From Candidatus Babeliales bacterium (GTDB lineage: Bacteria > Babelota > Babeliae > Babelales > JANWKD01), in the NCBI GenBank assembly GCA_963722255.1, contig CAVRJO010000002.1, forward strand, positions 576,001 through 640,000: a stretch of DNA of 64,000 bases, written 5' to 3'. The notes beneath the pieces were generated by a model. It saw nothing but the letters and a program-made list of their open reading frames with translations, was not told the DNA's origin and searched no databases. The position numbers were made by a program, and so were the translations under genes. This document shows positions 20,956 to 30,407 of the stretch, in pieces (the first letter of the stretch is position 1; every line of letters begins with the position of its first letter).

Positions 20956-22269
20956 TTGATGTCATATGAAGCAAATGTGATTGAAAAAATTAAAAAATCT
21001 GCAGTTTATTTAGATGATGCAGCGCTTGATATACTTTTAGAAAAAATTGGGGATTCTCACATAGTACTTTTAGGCGAAGCAACACATGGAACCCACGAAT
21101 TTTATATCATACGAGCAGAAATCACAAAACGTCTTATTCTTGAAAAAAATTTCAATGCAATTGCAATCGAAGGCGATTGGCCTGACGCCTATTCTCTTAA
21201 TAACTATATACATAACAAGGCATTTATACATGCTCATGAAGCCCTCGGCGCATTTGATCGATTTCCTTCATGGATGTGGCAAAATATTCCAATGCTCCAT
21301 TTAACTGAATGGCTTAAGGCTCATAATCTACAAAAAAATAATTCTGTAAGTTTTTATGGCTTAGACCTTTATAGCCTCTATAGATCAATTGATACGGTCA
21401 TAAACTATTTAGAAAAAATCGACCCTCATTTAGCGTTGCAAGCAAAATATCTATATTCTTGCTTTGAACAATTTCGTCATGATCCTCAAGTATATGGTTA
21501 TTCGATTTTCTCACAACTATCAAAATCATGCCAAGATGAGGTAATCAAAGAATTAAAAGAACTAGAAACGTTAGAATGGCGATTAATAGAAGAAAAAAAA
21601 GTCTCATCAGATGAGATTTTTTTTTTAATTCAAAATGCACGAGTTATTAAAAACTCTGAAAAATACTATAGATCACTCTTTATAAACGAAATAAATAATT
21701 GGAATCTTCGAGATTCTCATATGATGGAAACAGTAGAAGAAATTATTAAACACCATAAAAAAATGGGCAATATTAACCCCAAAATAGTAATTTGGGCCCA
21801 TAATTCACATATTGGTAATTCAGCTGCAACTCAGATGAGTCTACAAGGCGAATTTAATATTGGACAATTAATAAAAGAAAAATATAAGGATGATTCATTT
21901 AGCTTAGGATTTACAACATACAATGGAACTGTTTCTGCTGCCTCAGATTGGCATATGCCTGTAGAACGTAAAATCATCAGAAATGCTTTACCAAAAAGTT
22001 ATGAAGATCTTTTTCATCATTGTGAAATTTCTAAGTTCTTCCTCTCATTAAAAGATAAAGATATAGTACCAGAAAGATTACTTGAACGCGCTATTGGTGT
22101 TGTTTATCTACCAGAAACCGAACGTCAAAGCCATTATTTCTATGCTGCATTAGCTGACCAATTTGATGCAATAATACATTATGATACTACATCAGCTCTT
22201 GAGCCAATAGATAAAACAGCTTTGTGGATTAAAGGGGAAGTTCCGGAAGCTTATCCCTCGGGTTTGTAA
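20956..22269 (+). CDS. Erythromycin-esterase-family protein
   Basis: LLGEATHGTHEFY, EGDWPDA, FYGLDLYSL, WNLRD, WAHNSH. Confidence 0.93.
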   Translation: MMSYEANVIEKIKKSAVYLDDAALDILLEKIGDSHIVLLGEATHGTHEFYIIRAEITKRLILEKNFNAIAIEGDWPDAYSLNNYIHNKAFIHAHEALGAFDRFPSWMWQNIPMLHLTEWLKAHNLQKNNSVSFYGLDLYSLYRSIDTVINYLEKIDPHLALQAKYLYSCFEQFRHDPQVYGYSIFSQLSKSCQDEVIKELKELETLEWRLIEEKKVSSDEIFFLIQNARVIKNSEKYYRSLFINEINNWNLRDSHMMETVEEIIKHHKKMGNINPKIVIWAHNSHIGNSAATQMSLQGEFNIGQLIKEKYKDDSFSLGFTTYNGTVSAASDWHMPVERKIIRNALPKSYEDLFHHCEISKFFLSLKDKDIVPERLLERAIGVVYLPETERQSHYFYAALADQFDAIIHYDTTSALEPIDKTALWIKGEVPEAYPSGL

Positions 22270-23117
22270 TTATTAGTTATCGTTCGCTCAATAAAACTAC
22301 TAATATCAATAACATCAACCTTACCTTTTGAAAAATTCTTAAGAGTATTGGTAACATAGATTTTTTTTAGACAACTCTCTTCTAATCTTTCATAGGAGCC
22401 TTCAGAGAAAACTCCGTGTGTCGCAGCAGCACTGACTTCCAGTGCACCCAATTTTTTTAACATAGTACCCGCTTCAATAAGAGTACGGCCAGTTGAAATA
22501 ATATCATCAACCAGTAAAATCTTTTTTCCTGATACAATTCCATCAACCGATTCTATCCTAACTTTTTCATGCTCTGGACGCATTTTATGTAAAAAAACAA
22601 TCTCCTTTGCACATGCATTGGCAACATTTTGTGCAAATTCAGCAGCTCCTTTATCCGGGGCTGCAATAGTATCATAGTTTTTTGCAAGATTACAAAAAAA
22701 ATTTATATCTATAACATTGGTAAACGTTAAAAACGTTTTCATAAGATCAGCAGAATGTATATGCATACTATAAATTTTGTGTAAAGGAAATTTTTTTAAA
22801 ATAGTACAGATGAGTTGAGCACTCGATGCTTCACCTGGTAATGCAACTGCTTGTCGAGCATATCCAAAATAGGTAAAAAAAAGATTAATTTTTTGTGCAC
22901 CTGCACGCATTAAAGCATCAAGTAAAAAAAATAGTTCTACAAGATTTTTAGCCGGAGCCCCGGTTGAAGCAACAACATAAACTTCTTTATGAGCAACATC
23001 ATCTTCTATTTTAACGTATATTTCTCCATCACTAAACTGCTTAATAATAAAATGAGCTTTATGTAAAGTAATTTTTTGTACAAGATCTCTTGTGGCATTA
23101 TTAAAAAAGATAATCAT
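22251..23117 (-). CDS. prs: Ribose-phosphate pyrophosphokinase
   Basis: FSDGE, YFGYARQ, APDKGA, LVDDIISTGRT, ATHGVF. Confidence 0.9.
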   Translation of the reverse strand: MIIFFNNATRDLVQKITLHKAHFIIKQFSDGEIYVKIEDDVAHKEVYVVASTGAPAKNLVELFFLLDALMRAGAQKINLFFTYFGYARQAVALPGEASSAQLICTILKKFPLHKIYSMHIHSADLMKTFLTFTNVIDINFFCNLAKNYDTIAAPDKGAAEFAQNVANACAKEIVFLHKMRPEHEKVRIESVDGIVSGKKILLVDDIISTGRTLIEAGTMLKKLGALEVSAAATHGVFSEGSYERLEESCLKKIYVTNTLKNFSKGKVDVIDISSFIERTITNNYKPEG

Positions 23118-23749
23118 CTATTTGCATCCTGAAGTAACTTAATAGCCTGGGCATCATCAACCTGTTGAAAGCTTTTATAAAATTGACCAACACTATAAAA
23201 AATTTCTGGATTATCCACACATATGACCTCATCGGCATTTTCTTTAATCTTTTTAAGTGCTTCTTGCGATGCAACCGGCAAAGCAACAACAATTTTTTTT
23301 GGCTTATATTCTTTTATCAGTTCTAATGTCGTCAATATCGTATTTCCCGTTGCAACGCCGTCATCAACAAGAATGACAATTTTATTAAGCAAAGAAAATG
23401 GAGCCATGTTTTTGCGGTAGGTTTCATTTCGCTCTTTGAGAAGCTTACGTATCGTAGCAACTTCATGCGTCAAATAGTCTTGAAGCTCAGGAGCGTCTTT
23501 AAAATCACTGTTCAAAAAAACATGTTTTTCGCTAACAGCACCAATAGCAAATTCGGGGTTTTGAGGATATCCAATTTTCTTTGTAAAAATCACATCCAAA
23601 GGTATATGCAACCCTTTTGCTAATATATATCCAAGTTCTAGCCCCCCTCTTGGAATTGCAAGAACAAGAGCATCAGGATTAGATTTGTATTTTTCTAAAA
23701 AGGGCAAAAGCTTTTCTGCAGCATCAAAACGATTCTGAAACATTTTCAA
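23114..23749 (-). CDS. Type I phosphoribosyltransferase
   Basis: FQNRFDA, AIPRGG, NPEFAIGA, LVDDGVATG, VGQFY..F.QV. Confidence 0.92.
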   Translation of the reverse strand: MKMFQNRFDAAEKLLPFLEKYKSNPDALVLAIPRGGLELGYILAKGLHIPLDVIFTKKIGYPQNPEFAIGAVSEKHVFLNSDFKDAPELQDYLTHEVATIRKLLKERNETYRKNMAPFSLLNKIVILVDDGVATGNTILTTLELIKEYKPKKIVVALPVASQEALKKIKENADEVICVDNPEIFYSVGQFYKSFQQVDDAQAIKLLQDANR

Positions 23750-23922
23750 ATCTCAAAAAATAATAGATCAACATAACTCTTGTATAATAAATATCAACTA
23801 CAACTCATTTTAAAATATACTTTGAGATACTCTACTCAAATTCCAATCTCTTTTTCAACAAAAAAATCCTTTAAGTAGTAAATAAAAATCTACTTTATGA
23901 ATTTTACATTGATTGTATTAGA

Positions 23923-24693
23923 TTAATCAGAATCTTTGTTTACCAAAATAGATTTTGATTTTTTCTGAGGAGAATACAAGGGATCATCTTCGATATTTTC
24001 TAACACTGATAAGGTTTTGAATGTGTTCCAACTTGTACGAATAATCGGTGGAGGATTATGCCGATGTTGCCAAACAAAAAAACGTGTCTTTGGATCTGCT
24101 GGACTACCGCTTCCAAAATTACCATATTTTCTTTTATATTTTCTATATTGGGCATCGGATGCAACCTTTGCCACTATTGATGCAGCTCCAACAATAGTAT
24201 GATTTTCATCAGCATAATGTTCAGGAATTAATTGCAGCAGATTAAGCTTTTTTTTATTAAATTTAAATCCCTTTTGTAAAAGGAGATCTTTACATGATTT
24301 ATCAGTAAGAAATGTTAAGCGCTCATTAAATCGCTTTTCAGTAACCTCCCAATTATCTATATAAACCTTATTAAAAGAAGCCTTTGCTTGTAATTTTTTA
24401 ATAATTGTTAAAACTGTTAACATTTCCCAATCATTTAAATTTAAACTTTTATCATCAATCATTTGTGGAGTGAGTTCAATGATTGAAATAGCTTGAGCCG
24501 TTTCTTTTATAATTTTAGCGAGGTCTTCTCTTTTTTTAGGAGCAACAAGTTTACTATCTTTAACCCCTAGATTCTTCCATTCTTCAATAGTTGCGTGATT
24601 TGCAACAACACCAGCAATAAAGATACTCCCGATACATGGACATTTGGTTGTATCATCAATTCCAACGATACTTTCTTCTAAAAATTCTGGCAT
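23923..24693 (-). CDS. rnhB: Ribonuclease HII, archaeal/eukaryotic-like, divergent
   Basis: GIDD..CPCIG, GVKDSK, VGAASIVAKV, YGNFGSG.PADPKT, IRTSW. Confidence 0.85.
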   Translation of the reverse strand: MPEFLEESIVGIDDTTKCPCIGSIFIAGVVANHATIEEWKNLGVKDSKLVAPKKREDLAKIIKETAQAISIIELTPQMIDDKSLNLNDWEMLTVLTIIKKLQAKASFNKVYIDNWEVTEKRFNERLTFLTDKSCKDLLLQKGFKFNKKKLNLLQLIPEHYADENHTIVGAASIVAKVASDAQYRKYKRKYGNFGSGSPADPKTRFFVWQHRHNPPPIIRTSWNTFKTLSVLENIEDDPLYSPQKKSKSILVNKDSD

Positions 24694-24923
24694 GAATAAA
24701 CCTCCTAATAATTACTAGTAGTATCAGTGTAGAATTTTTAAATTGAAATTACAAATTATTAAAATTTGAAAATAATTAGTCAAGCTCTATTCTCATAAGC
24801 AGTAGTTTCCCCAGCCATGGTAAAGGCTAATAGAAACAAATTGGATTTTATCGATTTGCATTATTAAAAAAATATGATATATTGAATATAATTATTATTT
24901 TTTACTCAATAAGGAGTACCTTC

Positions 24924-25058
24924 ATGTCGTATGATATGACCACTTATTCTTCATATACTTATACCGCGCAACCGCGATTCAATTCATTAATTCCTTGCAC
25001 TTCTTTACGTATTTCATTACGCATTCTTGCCTTACCCCTTGTGCCCTTAGCACACTAA
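24924..25058 (+). CDS. Short ORF or possible leader peptide (44 aa)
   Basis: AAGGAG RBS 7 nt before ATG; followed by a T-tract. Confidence 0.45.
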   Translation: MSYDMTTYSSYTYTAQPRFNSLIPCTSLRISLRILALPLVPLAH

Positions 25059-25193
25059 GAATTCACTTTTTTCTTTTTTTTACACGATATAAACAGATAG
25101 TTGGGTATTTTATACTCTTAATGAGCTCTTATTTTTGCCCATTATAGTCTGTTATTAGATACTATTTTAAAACTATTTTTAAGGAATTTTATT

Positions 25194-26099
25194 ATGATAC
25201 AACAATTTAATTTTGCTCAAATATTTTTGATTATCAGTGCAATAAGCTTTCTCAGTTATGGCATGGATGAATCGACCAAAAAGAAGATAGAAACCAAAAA
25301 TCAAAGGTTTCTAAAAAAGGTTGGCAAGGAGGATGTTCCTAACACCATTCAAGGCCTTAACAACTCATTGGTGAGTCTCTATAAACAAAAAGGTCTTTTG
25401 ACAGAAGATACCAACGTATTGGTAAAATATATAAAACAAAGCCGTCTTGTTAAATTTCAAAAAATTGGTATCGCAACATGGAATAATCGAATTAATAACG
25501 GCCACGATCTTATACATATTGCCCCGGAACATGATGAATTGACCCCAGAAGAGATTGAATCGGCATTGGCTCATGAGCTTGCGCATATCACCTTGCATCA
25601 AAAACATGCTCTATGCCCTCATTATTATATGAAGACTATCAATAAAAGCTTGATGTTTGCTTCGGGAACTTGTCCTATTTGGGCACCTCTCACTTTGGCT
25701 GCCCTTACTCGAAAAAAATGGCCTATTGCCAAAGTGTCAGCTATAAAATACGAAATTGCAGGAGTAACAGTTGTAACCGCTGCTCTACACTCTGCTAATT
25801 CTGCATTGCTAAAAAATGCTCATGAATATACGCAACTACCTCCTGATAGCCCATGTCGTATTCGTTATCCCTTTTTGCAAAAGCTTGAAGAATTCGAATG
25901 TGATATTATAGCAGCATATGTCTTGCCACATGGGGGACGTGCCGGCAGAAAACTTTATGAAAAAGTGCGCGAGCATATTGGCGATGATATAAGCAGTAGC
26001 GATCATCCTAAACTCTCCACACGTATTTGGTATCATGGTAAAATAGAACAGATTCAAGATCTTTTTGAAACACAAAAAGAAGACTCAAGCATTAAATAG
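25194..26099 (+). CDS. Secreted M48-like zinc metallopeptidase
   Basis: ALAHELAH, EEFECD, DHPKLSTRI; signal peptide. Confidence 0.75.
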   Translation: MIQQFNFAQIFLIISAISFLSYGMDESTKKKIETKNQRFLKKVGKEDVPNTIQGLNNSLVSLYKQKGLLTEDTNVLVKYIKQSRLVKFQKIGIATWNNRINNGHDLIHIAPEHDELTPEEIESALAHELAHITLHQKHALCPHYYMKTINKSLMFASGTCPIWAPLTLAALTRKKWPIAKVSAIKYEIAGVTVVTAALHSANSALLKNAHEYTQLPPDSPCRIRYPFLQKLEEFECDIIAAYVLPHGGRAGRKLYEKVREHIGDDISSSDHPKLSTRIWYHGKIEQIQDLFETQKEDSSIK

Positions 26100-26108
26100 T
26101 GTTATAAC

Positions 26109-26155
26109 GATATCGTGCTCTAATTGATCTTTTTAAGAAAATAGAGCACGATATC
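26109..26155. terminator. Stem-loop after the M48 gene
   Basis: 14-bp inverted repeat gatatcgtgctcta/tagagcacgatatc. Confidence 0.55.
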
Positions 26156-26287
26156 CATCACTACAGCTTAAATAATTTTTTTGACCAACATTTGAGTCAA
26201 AAATCATTTACTTTTACCTTGGCAACTATACACTACATGATATAATTTAGACAAGATTAAGAGCTCTTATTTTTAAAAAGGTAACCT

Positions 26288-26935
26288 ATGAAGATCATTT
26301 TATATATTGTTAGTTGCGTTTTTGCATTTGCTAGCGCTTATGCCCATGATGAATGCACCCAAGTAAAACATCAATCCAAACGCTCAAAAAAAATTACTGT
26401 TCATATTATTTTAGGCAGTACTCGACAAGAAAGAAGCTCAGAAAAAATTGCTCAACTGCTTAAAAAAAAAACTGACCTAAAACCTGAAGTTTCAGCTGAA
26501 ATTATAGATTTACGAGATTATGCACTTCCTTTTTTTAACGACAGCGTTGCTCCTGCATCTCGTAAAGAAATTACTGATCCACAAGTAAAAAAATGGTCAG
26601 ATAAAATTTCTCAAGCTGATGCTTTTATTTTTATAGTTCCTGAATATAATGCAGGATATCCCGGTGTTCTTAAAAATGCTCTTGATAGCCTTTATAAAGA
26701 ATGGAATAATAAACCGGTTGGATTTGTTGGTTATTCTGGTGGCCCATCTGGCGGCAAATCTGCGATTGCTCAATTACACACTGTTGCGCAAGCACTTAAA
26801 ATGATTCCCATCGGATGCGACGTATTCATTCCAACTGCTTGGAAGGCATTAGGCACAAAAGGAGATTTTGCAGATAAAACCATTGAACAGGAATTTACAA
26901 CATTGATTAATCAACTTATTACTAAAGTAAGGTAA
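26288..26935 (+). CDS. NADPH-dependent FMN reductase with signal-like N-terminus
   Basis: GSTR, PEYNAGYPGVLKNALD, WNNKPVGFVGYSG. Confidence 0.92.
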   Translation: MKIILYIVSCVFAFASAYAHDECTQVKHQSKRSKKITVHIILGSTRQERSSEKIAQLLKKKTDLKPEVSAEIIDLRDYALPFFNDSVAPASRKEITDPQVKKWSDKISQADAFIFIVPEYNAGYPGVLKNALDSLYKEWNNKPVGFVGYSGGPSGGKSAIAQLHTVAQALKMIPIGCDVFIPTAWKALGTKGDFADKTIEQEFTTLINQLITKVR

Positions 26936-27003
26936 CTTCTTATGAAAAGATTACTCCCTAGTATGATTAAAAAAGTTTTTTTTACAATACAAATGGAATA
27001 CTA

Positions 27004-27288
27004 ATGGTTGATCAACAAGAAACAATAATTAAACTTTTAACAGTTCTTTTTCCTGAAGCAAAAATATATCTTTTTGGATCTCGCGCACGGGGAACAGAAC
27101 GACCAGAATCAGATATTGATATTGCAATTGACACAGGAAATAGGATTCCGTTTTTAGAATTAGCAAAGGCACGAAATATCATTGAAGCATTGTATATTCC
27201 ACAAAAAATAGATATTGTTGACCTAACATCAGTTGATAAAGAAATGCGAGAAATTATTTTAAAAGAAGGAATTATATGGAAACCTTAG
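27004..27288 (+). CDS. Minimal nucleotidyltransferase (MntA-like antitoxin)
   Basis: LFGSRARG....SDIDIA (GSX10DXD). Confidence 0.92.
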   Translation: MVDQQETIIKLLTVLFPEAKIYLFGSRARGTERPESDIDIAIDTGNRIPFLELAKARNIIEALYIPQKIDIVDLTSVDKEMREIILKEGIIWKP

Positions 27289-27704
27289 AACTCCGCTATC
27301 AACGAGTTCTTAAAGCGCACAAACGATTGGCTTTTGTTGTTAAAAAATTTATTAAAGAGAGTAGTACTCAAAATAACCATTCAATTGAAAAAGAAGAAAA
27401 TTTTTTGCTTTTGCAAGATGCTTTGTTTAAAAGATTTGAATTTTGTTATGATATTACATGGAAATTTTTAAAGATATATTTACAAGAAAAACACGGAATA
27501 GAAGTTGCTTCACCAAGAAAAGTTTTTCAAGAATGCTTGCAACAAAAAATTGTAACCTCCGAGGAAGCATCCCAGCTGGAAAAAATGATAGAAGCTCGTA
27601 ATTATGCTTCTCATACGTATGATCAAAATATTGCTAGCCAAATAGCTCTTTTGATTCCATCATATGCCGACCTTATGGATAAAATACTTAAAAAATTGGC
27701 TTAA
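27276..27704 (+). CDS. HEPN / nucleotidyltransferase substrate-binding protein (HepT-like toxin)
   Basis: KRFEFCY, SPRKVF, RNYASHTY (RX4H plus Tyr). Confidence 0.9.
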   Translation: METLELRYQRVLKAHKRLAFVVKKFIKESSTQNNHSIEKEENFLLLQDALFKRFEFCYDITWKFLKIYLQEKHGIEVASPRKVFQECLQQKIVTSEEASQLEKMIEARNYASHTYDQNIASQIALLIPSYADLMDKILKKLA

Positions 27705-27782
27705 ACTTTATTCTTTTTTTATTCTACAGTATGCTTGGTCATCAAAACTACTTCATTACATGAATTAAAAAAGGAATCCATA

Positions 27783-28289
27783 ATGAACTATATTTATTTT
27801 ACCATGGTACTTGTAGCATTAACAGCAAATACCAAACTTGAACCAATGAATAGCAACTCAGATAGAACTCATCTTGTAGAAATTGCAATTTTCAAAGGAA
27901 TTTTACTTAATTCAATCAAAATAGTTCAAGATGTTATCGAAGAAAATAAATCGGAAAAAATCACACAAAAATTTACTGAGCGCGCTCTTGAACGATTAAC
28001 AAACATACAAGCAATTCATCTGGATACCTATAATAAAATGACAAAAAACCCTTCAAAATTTAAGAAAGAATTGTTTGATCACTGGTTGTTCAGTCAAGAC
28101 ATTTTACTTTTAACAAAAAGATATCAAGAAACCGAAAAAATATCGAGTGATTCTGTTAACAAATTCAAAGAACTGCATGATCGATTAACACTATTACACA
28201 AAGATATATTTCCAAAAATAACCACTATTTCTGCTCCTATATCACCTAAAATATGGCATAACCAGCAAATCATTAAAGCAGCTTTATAA
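27783..28289 (+). CDS. Secreted hypothetical protein
   Basis: AAGGA RBS; MNYIYFTMVLVALTANTKLEP-MNS. Confidence 0.6.
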   Translation: MNYIYFTMVLVALTANTKLEPMNSNSDRTHLVEIAIFKGILLNSIKIVQDVIEENKSEKITQKFTERALERLTNIQAIHLDTYNKMTKNPSKFKKELFDHWLFSQDILLLTKRYQETEKISSDSVNKFKELHDRLTLLHKDIFPKITTISAPISPKIWHNQQIIKAAL

Positions 28290-30210
28290 ACGTTTGAATG
28301 AGCATCCAAATAGAATTACCAGCAGATACTCCAGATAATGTAGGATAATAACGTTCTTTAGTATCAGTTAAATAGGTAAGCAATCCTCCTGCAATAAGCA
28401 TTAACGAAATTGTTGGTGGCATGAGAATTCCACCAAGTAATAATGCAGGATTAATTTTGGTATATTTTATTAATGAACCAAATATAAATCCAAAAATGAG
28501 AACATACCAATCAAAACTTTTGAATGCAATTAAAAGTGCACGGCTAGCAGCTTTTGTTGCTGGAAGGCCATGCTCATTGCCAATTCCTAAGTTGGTTATA
28601 AAAAGCCAAAATAATATTCCAATACTCAATGAACACATAACAAGACCCAACCATTGATACCCAACAATTCTTTCATGTTCTATTTTTGCCAAAGCTGCTA
28701 ATCTACGACCAAATAAAACATCACCCGCTACTCCACCTGCTATTTCAACAAATCCTGCTACGAGGGTTACTTGTACATAATCAAAATTAAAAAGAAACAT
28801 ACCGGGAATCATAACAAAAGTTGCAAAACGACCAAGAGGAATGATGCCCATGCGCCCTGCAATTATTAACATTTGATAAATACATACAGCACTGAAAACA
28901 AGTAAATAAAGTTGCTGAATAACCGTAAAATTAAAATAGTATAAAAAGGTTATAGTACCAGCAAGAACAAGGCTTGCTTGTACCCAAGGAATAGGTGTGG
29001 CTTTTTTTTGAAAAAATCCAGAATTCAAAAAAGTAGTAAAACGAATAAAGCATTCTTGTAATCGTAACATACGAACAACGGGGAAAAAGCCCCATGTTGT
29101 TACAAATCCCGTTTGGGTGCCAAAAATAAGAAGAACATATACACACAAAAAGCTTAGGCCTGCTAATAAAAATTGTTGTAACAAGGTAAAGTGATAATAA
29201 CGTAAAAAGAATGCTGTGACGATTACTGAAACAATCGTTTGAATCCAAGCATACGTTGTTATAGATTGGCCTGAAGCAAAAAGAAATTTGCTCAATTTAC
29301 GCATTGGATTGATACCATTTTTTGCAAATGATATTCCTGTTTTAAATAGATCAAAAAATCCAGTACAGGTACCATACAAAACCATACCGCTACAAAATGC
29401 TAATACGAATTCTGTACCTGTTAAATGCACATTTGCAAATGAGGCAAACAAGAATTTATGAATAACATTTTCGCTGTGTGTATAGATATAAAATAAAGGA
29501 TCTAAACAAATAATTTTTGCTATAAAACCTACTATTAATGGCCATGCAATGACATGTCCTGTAACAAACCCAACCGCACAATACATCGGCAATTGATCAA
29601 GAGGAATTGCAATGCTTGGAATAGTGAATATTGACCAAGAAAATCCTTGAATTAGCATTAAGGCTCTACCAGCATATGAACTCATAGAATATACAAACAA
29701 GCCAATTTGTGTGCCAAAAAAACCCAAAGCCAATTCTAATGCTTTTTTCATCTGGCCGGGAGCTGCAATTGCATTATAAACAAGTTCTCCAATAGGGAAC
29801 TTCATCTGTTGTTTAGTTAAAAAATATTCTTCAAAAATAGTTGCAATCAAAAGACCATAGCTTCCGGCTACAATGCAAAAAGAACTAACAATACAAGCAA
29901 AAAATAATGGCTTAGATAACCATGATTGAAAAATCGTTGGCGCTAGAAAATAGAGTGTCGGTAGAGAAAATGCAAGACCAGTAGCTAAAATACCACCAAT
30001 GCCGCCAGCAGCTGTGGTTAAACTCACCGATTGAACATAGTCTGTTTTTGAAATCCCCCGCGCAATAATTTGAAACAAAAACATGCTTACAAGCACCAAT
30101 GTTGTCTCAATCCATGGCCCTATCGAAGCTGCAAGAGCAATATAACTCATTACTACTGTTGAAAAGAGAGACAACAGCATGGCAATAAGAATTCTTACAA
30201 TAATCATCAA
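28273..30210 (-). CDS. OPT-family oligopeptide transporter-like membrane protein
   Basis: Multi-TM; F.LPTLYF, MKFPIG motifs. Confidence 0.65.
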   Translation of the reverse strand: MMIIVRILIAMLLSLFSTVVMSYIALAASIGPWIETTLVLVSMFLFQIIARGISKTDYVQSVSLTTAAGGIGGILATGLAFSLPTLYFLAPTIFQSWLSKPLFFACIVSSFCIVAGSYGLLIATIFEEYFLTKQQMKFPIGELVYNAIAAPGQMKKALELALGFFGTQIGLFVYSMSSYAGRALMLIQGFSWSIFTIPSIAIPLDQLPMYCAVGFVTGHVIAWPLIVGFIAKIICLDPLFYIYTHSENVIHKFLFASFANVHLTGTEFVLAFCSGMVLYGTCTGFFDLFKTGISFAKNGINPMRKLSKFLFASGQSITTYAWIQTIVSVIVTAFFLRYYHFTLLQQFLLAGLSFLCVYVLLIFGTQTGFVTTWGFFPVVRMLRLQECFIRFTTFLNSGFFQKKATPIPWVQASLVLAGTITFLYYFNFTVIQQLYLLVFSAVCIYQMLIIAGRMGIIPLGRFATFVMIPGMFLFNFDYVQVTLVAGFVEIAGGVAGDVLFGRRLAALAKIEHERIVGYQWLGLVMCSLSIGILFWLFITNLGIGNEHGLPATKAASRALLIAFKSFDWYVLIFGFIFGSLIKYTKINPALLLGGILMPPTISLMLIAGGLLTYLTDTKERYYPTLSGVSAGNSIWMLIQTFIKLL

Positions 30211-30407
30211 TACACCCCATGCCTTATAGTTAAAAGCTTAATTATACTTGGTTTAGTTAATAAAATTAACTATTAAATATTTTAAAAAAAGAAGCAACTT
30301 CGAGCAGCATATATTCTACTCATCAATTTTACCGGCTACTTCTAGCAACTTTCATAACTTCCAGTTATAGTAAACTATTGTATATTTTTTTACCATTATG
30401 AGATTCT

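Noticed and set aside
20956..22269. Macrolide resistance gene (ereA/ereB)
   Set aside because: Motifs and neighbourhood fit the widespread PRTase-associated subfamily; resistance is not supported
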